Both the position numbers and the translations under genes were made by a program. The notes below the pieces were generated by a model that was not told the DNA's origin, searched no databases, and saw only the letters and a program-made list of their open reading frames with translations. Positions 37,938 to 47,512 of a stretch of DNA of 64,000 bases are shown here, one piece after another (position 1 is the stretch's first letter; every line of letters begins with the position of its first letter). Source of the DNA: Bacteroidales bacterium (lineage in GTDB: Bacteria > Bacteroidota > Bacteroidia > Bacteroidales > F082); assembly GCA_045615285.1 (NCBI GenBank), contig JAZLEO010000011.1:5235-69234 (forward strand), in the 5' to 3' direction.

Positions 37938-38296
37938 GCATCCATACTTTTGTACAAAACTTTTCATTGGAATATGTGTTCTCTTTTTTCCAAAGAATTA
38001 TCTTTAGAGAATTCATAAATTATGAAAAAGATTCATCCAACATATAAAGGTATGCAGTCGATTTGCGAGCAGGTGTATGAAGTGGTGAGAGGGAAGTGAG
38101 ATGTGCGACCTTGACAACAATCTTTGGAAAGAAAAACGTTGGTTGTATTTGGATATGTAGGAGGAAGTAGGAATGGGTAAGGAAATAGTTGGTTTTAATG
38201 AATTTAAAATCTGAAATTAGACTATCAAATAATATAATATTCTTCATTTAAAGCTGTAAAAAAATGAAATAAAATAATTTATAAACAAGAAATCTT

Positions 38297-38304
38297 TATA
38301 TTTG
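38297..38304 (+). promoter_or_regulatory. -7 promoter box (TATATTTG) upstream of the McrB-like gene
   Basis: TAnnTTTG match. It implies a leader of about 118 nt before the ATG at 38429. Confidence 0.35.
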
Positions 38305-38428
38305 TCATGGTTTTATATCTTAATATTTAAGTTATATAAATGGGATGAAATGGCAAATCTAAATTGTATAAAATAGTACTTGTTGAACTATAAAAAAGTT
38401 AATAGCAATTCTAAAATACACATAATAT

Positions 38429-40114
38429 ATGGAATTCCAAAAACAAAATATAGTTGATTTTTTAAATATAGCAGTAAAGGCTACGTCTGAAAATAATTAT
38501 ACAAAGTATGTTTCTGAAGTAAATAAAATAGCAAAATCTTATATGGGATTAAGTGTTAAGGCAAGCATAGGAATAGGTAATTTAACATATATCCCCTGGA
38601 TCTCTTTTACTGGATATAATCAACAAACTTCAAATGGAATATATCCGGTATTGCTTTATTATTCCAATGCTCAAATTCTCATAGTTTCATATGGAATTAG
38701 CGCAACAAATAGACCTAAAGCTTCTTGGAATTTATCCCATACCAAAACGATTGGAGAATATTTCAAAGAGAATAATATTCGCCAAAAAAATGTTGAAAAA
38801 AAATACAATAACTCTTTTATTCATTCTGTATTTCCTATTCGTATTCTTGGAGATGAAATAGATACATCTAGTTTTGATGTTGATAATGTTATTGAATCGC
38901 TTAATTATATTTGTCAACTATATAAAAATATCTTTGACGAGAAACTCGAGAATATAAATGATGAAACATTTGTTGATCCACAAAACTATACACCAAACGA
39001 CGATATGCCAATAAATGATAAAACCTTCCACATTTCTACCCTCATTGAGAATATCAAGAAGACGGGACTTCTATATGAAGATAAGCTCATACAGCGTTAT
39101 GCTTGTTCGCTAATGACAAAGCCATTCGTGATATTGAGTGGTTTGGCTGGTTCGGGTAAAACACAGTTGGCTTTAGCCTTTGCGCGTGTTATGAGCGAGA
39201 ATGTAGAACAACAACTTTGTGTGGTTCCTGTGGGGGCAGACTGGACAAACCGCGAACCTTTGTTAGGTTATCCTAATGCCTTAAAACAAGGAGAGTATAT
39301 GCAGCCGGAAAGCGGTGCTTTGCAGATAATGATGCGCGCACTTCGAAATCCTAACAAACCTTACTTCCTTGTTCTTGATGAAATGAACTTGAGTTATGTG
39401 GAACGATACTTCGCAGATTTCTTATCAGCCTTGGAAAGTAATCAAGAGATACCTCTTTGGGAAAAGCCTGATGAATGCGATTCGGAAGTGCCTGCCAGGA
39501 TAGCTCTGCCAAAGAACTTATTCATTATTGGCACCATCAATGTGGATGAGACAACTTACATGTTCTCTCCGAAGGTTCTTGACCGTGCGAATGTTATAGA
39601 ATTCAAGATTTCAGAAAATGAGATGGAAACATTCTTAAAGCAAGATATGAATGTCAAAGTAGATGCTGCCGATGGCCTTTGTGCAAACATGGGACAGGAC
39701 TTTGTAGCTAAATCTACCCAAAAGGAAACAGGCAACAGCGAGTTGGCACAGAAGACGCTTATTGAATTCTTTAAGGTATTGAAAAAGGTGAATGCAGAGT
39801 TTGGTTATCGTTCAGCAACAGAAATTTATCGTTTTATTGCTAATGCCAAAGTTTGCGCTGAAAGTATGACAGATGAAGAAATTCTAGATGCAGCCATAGT
39901 ACAGAAACTATTGCCTAAACTACACGGTAGTAGAAAGAAGCTAGAACCAGCGTTGAAAGTTCTTTGGGGACTATGTATGAAAGAAAATCATACAGCAGAT
40001 GCTATCATCCGTGATAATTTGCAGTATGCAAGGTTTGCCGAAGCAGCTGATAAGATTCAGCGTATGATGCAGACAGCTATTGAGAACGGTTTTACAAGTT
40101 TTGCTGAAGCATAA
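38429..40114 (+). CDS. McrB-family AAA+ GTPase with N-terminal DUF3578/MrcB_N-like DNA-reader domain
   Basis: The N-terminus (VKASIGIGNLTYIPWISF...GIYPVLLYYSNAQILIVSYG) resembles the MrcB N-terminal domain. Walker A is LSGLAGSGKTQLA and Walker B is FLVLDEMNLSYVERYFADFLS. GTINVDETTYMFSPKVLDRANVIEF corresponds to the McrB NxxD/DR signature region. Confidence 0.85.
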   Translation: MEFQKQNIVDFLNIAVKATSENNYTKYVSEVNKIAKSYMGLSVKASIGIGNLTYIPWISFTGYNQQTSNGIYPVLLYYSNAQILIVSYGISATNRPKASWNLSHTKTIGEYFKENNIRQKNVEKKYNNSFIHSVFPIRILGDEIDTSSFDVDNVIESLNYICQLYKNIFDEKLENINDETFVDPQNYTPNDDMPINDKTFHISTLIENIKKTGLLYEDKLIQRYACSLMTKPFVILSGLAGSGKTQLALAFARVMSENVEQQLCVVPVGADWTNREPLLGYPNALKQGEYMQPESGALQIMMRALRNPNKPYFLVLDEMNLSYVERYFADFLSALESNQEIPLWEKPDECDSEVPARIALPKNLFIIGTINVDETTYMFSPKVLDRANVIEFKISENEMETFLKQDMNVKVDAADGLCANMGQDFVAKSTQKETGNSELAQKTLIEFFKVLKKVNAEFGYRSATEIYRFIANAKVCAESMTDEEILDAAIVQKLLPKLHGSRKKLEPALKVLWGLCMKENHTADAIIRDNLQYARFAEAADKIQRMMQTAIENGFTSFAEA

Positions 40115-40117
40115 AGA

Positions 40118-42439
40118 ATGCAAGTAGATAAATTAGAAATACCTATAACAGGCGACTTCGGGGAAATCAAGTTGTATGTTTATCCATCCTCAAACAACGC
40201 TATGTTGTTTGAGGAGGAAGATGCTGTGGATTACGGAGAATCTCGATGGCAGTTACAGGAAGGTTGTACATACGAGTATGAATTGGTAGCGAATAATGGA
40301 CGTACATATCAATTTATAAAAGAGGATGAAATTGTACGCTTTTCACATTCTCCTAGACATCCGAATGCTGGTACTTTAAAAACGGGAATTTATGTAGGCT
40401 CTCTTATGTTGGCCATTAGAGATATAGAACAGGATTGTGAAATTGCCAAGATAAGTATGGAAATAAAATCGGTAAAAGCTGAATATCGTACAGATTACCG
40501 TAAGATGCTGGAGGATATTACAGCATATTATACCGACCTAGTGCTGATGCAGGGAAGTCCTGTTACACAAAAGCTGGAAATAGACAACGATGCTCCACAA
40601 CAAACACTTTACCAGCGTTATGCTTTTGTTAGAAGTATTGTTGAAAGTAATTCCTTTCATGAAGCTATACACAAAATTATTTCAAATCCAGTGCGCAAGT
40701 GGGAAGAAACTACAATGGAACGCAATGTGTGTAATGTAAAGCGATTAAGCCGAAAAAACATGCACCAAATAGTGACTTCTCGTGACCGTATTGCCGTTCA
40801 AAATGGTGGTTGTATAGGCCTGCCTAATGGAATTGATTCCGTACCTCGTACTTTGACCGTTGCTTATAAACGTGATACAATAGACAATCAAGAGAATCAG
40901 TTTGTTAAATTTGTACTTCGTTCTTTTAGTTCTTTCTGTTCTGATCTACGAAGTAAAAAGAATGCAAATGAACGCCTAAAAGCTGAAATTGATAAGACGA
41001 TGGATGTGTTAAGTGGATATTTAAGCAACCTCTTCTTTAAGCAAGTATCTATGCCATCACAATTGAATTTGAATAGTCCTGTACTTCAACGTAAGGAAGG
41101 TTATCGAGAAATATTCCAGGCATGGTTGATGTTTGACCTTGCCGCTAAATTATCGTGGAAAGGTGGTGGTAATGTTTATGAGGCAGGTAAACGAAATGTA
41201 GCTGTACTGTATGAATATTGGGTGTTTTTCAAATTATTGGAGGTTATTAGTCGAGTTTTTGATATAGATCCTGTCAGCATTAATAATTTAGTTAAAACAG
41301 ATGTTGATCAAATCAATCTTGAGATTCAACAGGGTAAAATGACGATGGTAGAAGGAATCTATGATGCTGGTCGACGTAAGTTTAATGTAAGATTCTATTA
41401 CAACCGTACATTTGCTCATACACGTGAAAGTGAAGAATTATATAAGGCTGGGTCATGGACAATGAATATGCGGCCAGACTATACTTTGTCTATTTGGCCG
41501 GGAGAAATTGATATGGATCAAGCAGAACGTGAAGATTTAATTGTTCATATTCATTTTGATGCAAAGTATAGAGTGAATAAAATTGACCTGGGACAAGATG
41601 ACTCGAATAATGAAGTGCAAATATCAGAGAATCTCCTCAATGAAAAGAAAGAACAAGAAGAAGGTATCTACAAGCGTGCTGACCTGTTGAAAATGCATGC
41701 ATATAAAGATGCTATTCGTCGTACTAGTGGCGCTTATATTCTTTATCCAGGTACAGTTCAGCGTAGATTGAAAGGATTTCATGAAATTATACCTGGCCTA
41801 GGTGCATTTTGTATGACGCCATCCAATAATGATGAGGAACTCGTTACGTTACAGGTGTTTCTGTTGAAAATAGTTGAACATATGCTCGATCGTACAAGCC
41901 AACGTGAGCGAATGTCCTATCATATGAATCATGTGTATAATACGCCTTCAAAATTAGTACATGAACAAATGCCAGAATCTGTTGGTGATAACCGTGATTT
42001 TATGCCTGATGAAACATGGGTTATATTAGGATATGTGAAAGATGAAAAACACTTGGAGTGGATCCGTAAAACTGGACTCTACAACTTCCGTACAGGAACG
42101 CAAAATGGATCTGTACGATTAAGCCGAAATCTTGTATCGAGCCGTTATCTTCTCTTACATGCTCATGGTGAGAGCATTGAGTTTGTCAGACTGTTAGATG
42201 AAGGTCCACGTGTTTTTAGACGTTCCGATTTGTTACGTATGGGTTATCCACAATCGGATGATGAAGAAAAGAAAAAAGATGATATATACATAGTCTATCG
42301 TTTGGATACAGATAATACAGAAACAGAATGGGCACAATATAAATGGAAAATAAGTGAGGTAACTGATATGAAAGGTAATCAAATGGCAGTGCCAAAACCA
42401 GTTAAGCTTTCAGACTTGATGCTGAACGCAAAAAGGTAG
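40118..42439 (+). CDS. McrC-like partner: DUF2357-type N-terminal region plus PD-(D/E)xK nuclease core
   Basis: 773 aa, starting 3 nt after the McrB-like stop. Nuclease motifs: MRPDYTL (D) and HIHFDAKYR (D-x-K), then KMHAYKDAI. It is much larger than E. coli McrC (about 350 aa). Confidence 0.7.
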   Translation: MQVDKLEIPITGDFGEIKLYVYPSSNNAMLFEEEDAVDYGESRWQLQEGCTYEYELVANNGRTYQFIKEDEIVRFSHSPRHPNAGTLKTGIYVGSLMLAIRDIEQDCEIAKISMEIKSVKAEYRTDYRKMLEDITAYYTDLVLMQGSPVTQKLEIDNDAPQQTLYQRYAFVRSIVESNSFHEAIHKIISNPVRKWEETTMERNVCNVKRLSRKNMHQIVTSRDRIAVQNGGCIGLPNGIDSVPRTLTVAYKRDTIDNQENQFVKFVLRSFSSFCSDLRSKKNANERLKAEIDKTMDVLSGYLSNLFFKQVSMPSQLNLNSPVLQRKEGYREIFQAWLMFDLAAKLSWKGGGNVYEAGKRNVAVLYEYWVFFKLLEVISRVFDIDPVSINNLVKTDVDQINLEIQQGKMTMVEGIYDAGRRKFNVRFYYNRTFAHTRESEELYKAGSWTMNMRPDYTLSIWPGEIDMDQAEREDLIVHIHFDAKYRVNKIDLGQDDSNNEVQISENLLNEKKEQEEGIYKRADLLKMHAYKDAIRRTSGAYILYPGTVQRRLKGFHEIIPGLGAFCMTPSNNDEELVTLQVFLLKIVEHMLDRTSQRERMSYHMNHVYNTPSKLVHEQMPESVGDNRDFMPDETWVILGYVKDEKHLEWIRKTGLYNFRTGTQNGSVRLSRNLVSSRYLLLHAHGESIEFVRLLDEGPRVFRRSDLLRMGYPQSDDEEKKKDDIYIVYRLDTDNTETEWAQYKWKISEVTDMKGNQMAVPKPVKLSDLMLNAKR

Positions 42440-42553
42440 AGACTATAATTCCACAAAATAATTTTCCATAGAAGGTGGGTACTGTCTATAATCGTGATTC
42501 GTTGATACGATTTGCTATCTATTCTTCTGTTATGCTGACAGGAGAGGAGTATG

Positions 42554-43063
42554 CTAAACACCTTCTTTTCCCATCCTTATATGCCACATCTCATCGATAG
42601 CCGACAAAGTTGCTATGAGACATACTGCTGCAGAGCTATAGACGGGTTCAATAAAACTGAGTGTTAAGGGGAAAAGAAATAATATAAATCCTGTGGCTTT
42701 ATTCAAAATAGTATGTAGGAATGTGAACTTTTTGTTGCAAATCAAAACCCAAACAAAATTACCTATTTTAATGGTTGCTATAATGACAATCCAAATCCAT
42801 AACCAAACAGGAAATTGCATTGTTGGCAGTATCTTTACAAAACACACTGCTGCAAATACACTGTCGGCAACCGTGTCTAATATTGCGCCCAATTCACTGT
42901 CGGACTTTGTTCTCCTTGCAATTGCTCCGTCTGCCATATCCGTAATTCCACAATATATGTATATGATGTAAAAACTAATGGAAAAAACAGGACAGAGCAA
43001 CAGACATATACTGCTTAGAATTCTGCTTGCTGTAATTATGTTCGCTATCTGTTTTCTCATCAC
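42554..43063 (-). CDS. CDP-alcohol phosphatidyltransferase family protein (short form)
   Basis: 169 aa. DMADGAIARRTKSDSELGAILDTVADSV fits D(x)2DG(x)2AR(x)8G(x)3D(x)3D. There are about 4-5 TM segments. Confidence 0.8.
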   Translation of the reverse strand: MMRKQIANIITASRILSSICLLLCPVFSISFYIIYIYCGITDMADGAIARRTKSDSELGAILDTVADSVFAAVCFVKILPTMQFPVWLWIWIVIIATIKIGNFVWVLICNKKFTFLHTILNKATGFILFLFPLTLSFIEPVYSSAAVCLIATLSAIDEMWHIRMGKEGV

Positions 43064-43276
43064 TCAATTTATTGAGCAAAGATATGCAATTTGCCAGGAA
43101 ATACAAGGTAATTTATGGGCTTACTTTGAGTGTCATTTCTACCTGAATATAATTGACGTTCGGTGATTTGCGGAAATGAGTTGGGGAAATGTGAAAATAG
43201 ATAATATTTGAACGGAAATTATTGTTAAAAATAACGAAAAAGGTTGTATTCGTACAACCATATTGAAAACATTTTG

Positions 43277-43284
43277 TATATTTG
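43277..43284 (+). promoter_or_regulatory. -7 promoter box (TATATTTG) for the Fic gene
   Basis: TAnnTTTG match 29 nt upstream of the ATG at 43313. Confidence 0.45.
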
Positions 43285-43312
43285 CGCTGGGTGATACTAA
43301 ATAAGGTACTGT

Positions 43313-44380
43313 ATGAAATATCTTAATATTAAGAAGGCTTTGACTGCATGGCAAGAGTTGCAACCACTATCTGAGAAGGATAAGGAAAGGCTTAGCCGTC
43401 GTTTTACTGTTGACTTCAACTACAACAGTAATCATATAGAAGGCAATACGCTGACTTATGGTCAGACGGAAATCTTGTTGTTGTTTGGTAAAGTGATTGG
43501 CGAAGCCGATATACGTGATGTACAAGAGATGACAGCAAGCAACGTTGGATTACGTATGATGACTGAGGAAGCGAGGCTGAAAGAAACTCCTTTGACACAG
43601 AACTTTATTAGGACATTGCATCAAACATTGTTGCGCGAGGATTATACAGTATATCATAATCTTCCTGGCGGGGTTCAAACAAGCTATGTGATACATGCAG
43701 GACAATATAAAACTCGTCCTAATAGTGTGATTACACGCTATGGTGACAGATTTGAATATGCTTCACCTGAAGAAACTCCTAGCTTAATGGCAGACTTAGT
43801 GGATTGGTATAACAAGGCAGAGCAAGAAGGTAAACTCTCTCCAGTGGAACTGGCTGCATTATTCCACTATCGTTATATCCGCATTCACCCCTTTGAAGAT
43901 GGAAATGGTCGTATTGCTCGACTGATGGTTAACTTTATCCTCACTCGTCACGATTACCCGATGATTGTAGTCCGTAGTCGCAAAAAGAGTGAGTATTTGG
44001 AAGCTTTACATCAGGCAGACCTTGAGGTGGGACCTGTCCCTAGCGATGGTGCTCATGTAGACATTAAAGATATTCGTCCGTTCCTGAAATACTTCAATGA
44101 CTTGGTCGCTACCGAGGTATACAATGACGTCTTGTTTGTAAGCGAGAAAAATGAGAATGTGTGGTGGTACGATGGAGAACGAATAGTATTCCGCACTCCA
44201 AATTACACAAAGATATTAAATGCTATGCGAACTGAACCGACACTCACTTTGGCTGATATGCGTGAGATTACCGGTATCAGCATTACTGCCATCCAAAAAC
44301 TGCTTGATCAGTTGATACAAAAGAAGTATGTTGAGCGAGGAGAGAAAGAGGGCAGTTGGAGAGTGTTTGTGACGCAGTAG
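43313..44380 (+). CDS. Fic family protein (class II, N-terminal inhibitory motif) with C-terminal winged-helix domain
   Basis: The Fic motif HPFEDGNGRIARL lies at 43886-43924. SNHIEG (43427-43444) fits the [ST]xxxE[GN] auto-inhibitory motif. The C-terminal LTLADMREITGISITAIQKLLDQLIQKKYVER is HTH-like. Confidence 0.9.
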   Translation: MKYLNIKKALTAWQELQPLSEKDKERLSRRFTVDFNYNSNHIEGNTLTYGQTEILLLFGKVIGEADIRDVQEMTASNVGLRMMTEEARLKETPLTQNFIRTLHQTLLREDYTVYHNLPGGVQTSYVIHAGQYKTRPNSVITRYGDRFEYASPEETPSLMADLVDWYNKAEQEGKLSPVELAALFHYRYIRIHPFEDGNGRIARLMVNFILTRHDYPMIVVRSRKKSEYLEALHQADLEVGPVPSDGAHVDIKDIRPFLKYFNDLVATEVYNDVLFVSEKNENVWWYDGERIVFRTPNYTKILNAMRTEPTLTLADMREITGISITAIQKLLDQLIQKKYVERGEKEGSWRVFVTQ

Positions 44381-44522
44381 GTTTAAAGTGTAGCAATTTC
44401 TAATTGGCCAATGATATACAATCCCTTTTGCAACTCTAATACCAGTTACACGATTGTATCTAATTTACAATTAGTGATAATATACATTGGCACCAAAAAT
44501 GATTAAAAAGTGACAATTTAAC

Positions 44523-44567
44523 AAAAAAAAATCAGGCAGTCGTCGATTTTGTAACTGCTTGATTTTT
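44523..44567. terminator. Bidirectional intrinsic terminator between convergent Fic and mnmE genes
   Basis: A-run 44523-44531, 10-bp stem 44531-44540/44554-44563 (one G-U), T-run 44563-44567. Confidence 0.7.
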
Positions 44568-44596
44568 AACATTGTTTATTCTGATAAATTTTACCT

Positions 44597-46102
44597 TTAC
44601 TTCCCGATGCAAAACCTTCCAAAGATATTATTCAACACATCTCCGCTACTAATCTCGCCAGTGATGCTGCCCAAGTAATATAAGACTTCTTTCAAATCTT
44701 GGGCTACGAATTCTGTGGAAAGTCCGGAAATCAAACCGTCTTTGACTTTTTCCAATGATTCTGAGGATTTTAGTAATGCTTCGTAATGTCTTAAATTTGT
44801 CACTAACACTTCGTTTTCTCCAACAACCAAATCTCTTCCGTAAGACGCAATGTTTTTCTTCAGCTTCTCAATGTGTGACGCATCTTTGGCGGAAATGAAA
44901 TCGTATCGGATGATATTTCTGATGTCGTAGCAGTCTTGTCCTGTGATGCTGTATTTGTACTCGTCAAGCATATAACCGCCGTTATTTTCTATGTTTTTCT
45001 CAATGGCAACACGCAGGTTGTCTATGATATACTCTGAGTCCATCCACATGGCTAAATTGTTCAAATCGACTTTGTTGAATATCAACATCAGCTTTTGTTT
45101 CAATAAGTTGACATTGGAAATTATGAATCTTGCAGAGTCGAAATATTTGTCTTGACTTTGATTCAGGTCGAGTAGGCCTAATACTATGTCGGCTTCTGAA
45201 ATCTTCTTGAAAGCTCTTTCGATACCTATTTTTTCAATGGTGTCGTCGGTCTCTCTGATACCTGCAGTGTCGATGAATCTGAATGTCTTTCCGCTGATAT
45301 TCAGTGTCTCTTCGATGGTGTCGCGTGTAGTTCCTGCTATGTCGGAGACGATGGCTCTTTCTTCGCCGAGCAGCGCGTTGAGCAAGGTGCTCTTTCCTGC
45401 GTTGGTGTCGCCTACGATAGCGACAGGCGTGCCTCTCTTAATGGTGTTGCCAAGTCTAAAAGAATCAGTGAGTTTGTTGATGTGTGCAGATGCTTCGTCT
45501 ATCAAATTGTTGAGTTTCGTGCGGTCGGCAAATTCCACGTCTTCTTCGCTAAAGTCGAGCTCCAGCTCCATCAATGATGTGAGGTCTAACAGCTTGCTTC
45601 TCAATACTTGCAGCTCTTTTGAGAATCCGCCTTTGAGCTGGTTCATCGCTACACGATGTTCTGCCTCGTTTTGTGATGAGATAAGGTCTGCAACCGCTTC
45701 AGCCTGAGTGAGATCCATCTTGTTGTTGACAAAAGCTCTCATGGTGTATTCGCCGGCTTCTGCCAATCGTGCACCGCTCTGAATCAATATCTCTAATATC
45801 TTGTTTTGAATGAAGGGCGAGCCATGACAGACTATCTCGACAGAATCTTCTCCTGTATATGAATGTGGAGCTTTGAAAAACGTAACCATCACATCATCAA
45901 TGATTTTATCGTCTAAATCAGTGATTTCGCCGTAATACATTCTGTTTGCAACAATGTTGTCGATCGTCAATTCTTTTTTTCTGATAAATCTCGAAAGCGC
46001 AATCTTATGGCTGTCTTTTCCTGACATTCTTATCATTGAAACCGCTGCTGTTCCTGAAGCTGTCGCGATGGCGCAAATGGTGTCCTTGCTCAAAAAACTC
46101 AT
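44597..46102 (-). CDS. mnmE: tRNA modification GTPase MnmE
   Basis: 501 aa. G-domain GDTNAGKSTLLNAL, DTAGIR, and C-terminal FCIGK. Confidence 0.95.
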   Translation of the reverse strand: MSFLSKDTICAIATASGTAAVSMIRMSGKDSHKIALSRFIRKKELTIDNIVANRMYYGEITDLDDKIIDDVMVTFFKAPHSYTGEDSVEIVCHGSPFIQNKILEILIQSGARLAEAGEYTMRAFVNNKMDLTQAEAVADLISSQNEAEHRVAMNQLKGGFSKELQVLRSKLLDLTSLMELELDFSEEDVEFADRTKLNNLIDEASAHINKLTDSFRLGNTIKRGTPVAIVGDTNAGKSTLLNALLGEERAIVSDIAGTTRDTIEETLNISGKTFRFIDTAGIRETDDTIEKIGIERAFKKISEADIVLGLLDLNQSQDKYFDSARFIISNVNLLKQKLMLIFNKVDLNNLAMWMDSEYIIDNLRVAIEKNIENNGGYMLDEYKYSITGQDCYDIRNIIRYDFISAKDASHIEKLKKNIASYGRDLVVGENEVLVTNLRHYEALLKSSESLEKVKDGLISGLSTEFVAQDLKEVLYYLGSITGEISSGDVLNNIFGRFCIGK

Positions 46103-46106
46103 GTCT

Positions 46107-47411
46107 TTATTTGTTAATTATATGAAACTCAATTTCTTCCGCTTTAATGTGTTTGGCAATAATCTCTTTGTTATTATTAAGTAGATATATTGTCGGTGTA
46201 GTTGTTATATCGTATTGATTTATAATATCTTGACTTACATTGTTGTAATTGTCTTCACTTATATTTATATACAAAATAGTCAAGCCGTTTTGTCTTTTTT
46301 CTATATCTCCTAAAATTCTTTTGTCTCTGATACATTTCTGACAATCAGGCTTATAGAAAAATAATACTGTGTTCTGACTGTCAATGTCTGATAGGTTTAT
46401 TTGATTGCCATTTTCATCATAGTATGAAAAAGTAGGAGCGAGGCGTCCAATAGTTATTTTCCTTAATATATCAGCTCTCTTAACAATCTCACTTCTGATA
46501 TTTTCTGTTAAATTGTTGATTTCCAATTTTGAAAAATAAACGTCTGACAAGTGTGTGTAAATTATATCGTTATCAAAATATTGGGAATATAAATACCATA
46601 AGATGTAATCTCTCACTTCATTGACTAAGTCTTGAGGAATGTCTCTATATCTAGATGTTGTTTGATATATTATATAATCAATTTTTTGAAGAACAACATC
46701 CGTAGTTTGCTTCGACATATAATTATTAAAATAATCGTCTAACTTATTCTTTAACAGACGTGTATTTAAGATACGAACGTCTCTAAAACTAATATAATCA
46801 AAATAATGGTCAATGATATATTGTTCGTAATTGTCTTTATATTCTTGAGGTACAATGATTTCCTTGTTGAATCCTATATATGTTCTTAGAAATGAATTTC
46901 TATCTTTTATTTTTATCGATTCTAGATATTCATTGTGATTCAACTTTATTGAGTCTATTTTTCTTGCATTGTCAGGAAAATGTTCGATTTCACTTTCTAA
47001 GGCTTTGATATAAAGTCTGTTGTAGTTGGTCTTTGCATAAATGTCGAAATAATCTGAAGTCTCTTTTGCACCTTTTATAATATAAGTCTCGTTTCTTGTC
47101 AAATCTCCGACATTCACCGTGAATTTTTGGTCTTTGCCTAAAAACAGTTCAAAGATGGGATTTTGCTTGCTGTCGGCAAGAACATAAATTCCTTCTGGAT
47201 AATTGCTTCTATGTTTGAAGATTTTATTGCCTTTAACTACTGTGCTACTATCAATTACGATAAGTGATTTGTCGCTTTTGTATTTTAAAAGGTGGAAAAC
47301 ACTGTCTTCATAATTTTCAATTTCAACACGAATTTTTACTTGTGAAATCAGGTGTATATGCGGAAATGTTAAAAAAAATATGAGTAAAATTCGCTTGAAA
47401 ATAGATTTCAT
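46107..47411 (-). CDS. Secreted thioredoxin-fold (TlpA-like) protein with large N-terminal extension
   Basis: Signal peptide. The C-terminal region has a FFYKPDCQKC CxxC motif and thioredoxin-like spacing. The N-terminal two-thirds are unassigned. Confidence 0.55.
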   Translation of the reverse strand: MKSIFKRILLIFFLTFPHIHLISQVKIRVEIENYEDSVFHLLKYKSDKSLIVIDSSTVVKGNKIFKHRSNYPEGIYVLADSKQNPIFELFLGKDQKFTVNVGDLTRNETYIIKGAKETSDYFDIYAKTNYNRLYIKALESEIEHFPDNARKIDSIKLNHNEYLESIKIKDRNSFLRTYIGFNKEIIVPQEYKDNYEQYIIDHYFDYISFRDVRILNTRLLKNKLDDYFNNYMSKQTTDVVLQKIDYIIYQTTSRYRDIPQDLVNEVRDYILWYLYSQYFDNDIIYTHLSDVYFSKLEINNLTENIRSEIVKRADILRKITIGRLAPTFSYYDENGNQINLSDIDSQNTVLFFYKPDCQKCIRDKRILGDIEKRQNGLTILYINISEDNYNNVSQDIINQYDITTTPTIYLLNNNKEIIAKHIKAEEIEFHIINK

Positions 47412-47512
47412 TGTTAATTATTGTTAAAAAGTGAACAAAGATAGTTATAATATTTTTTTTATCAAAAGATAATGTTTACTTTTGTCGCTGAAAACCAAAA
47501 TTTAAACATGAC

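Noticed and set aside
38021-38098. 25-codon ORF MKKIHPTYKGMQSICEQVYEVVRGK* in the AT-rich gap before the McrB-like gene, and the 75-aa minus-strand ORF 38020..38247
   Set aside because: They might be remnants of a disrupted gene at the islet border, but they are too short and featureless to call a pseudogene without a homology search.
45186-45707. 173-aa plus-strand ORF inside mnmE, plus similar shadow ORFs at 5936..6307, 47543..48097, 54542..55111, 54994..55320, 55354..55854, 25262..25681 and 26495..26800
   Set aside because: All are embedded antisense or out of frame in genes with clear family motifs. Their translations are Ser/Leu/Phe-rich low-complexity strings typical of antisense frames in AT-rich genomes.
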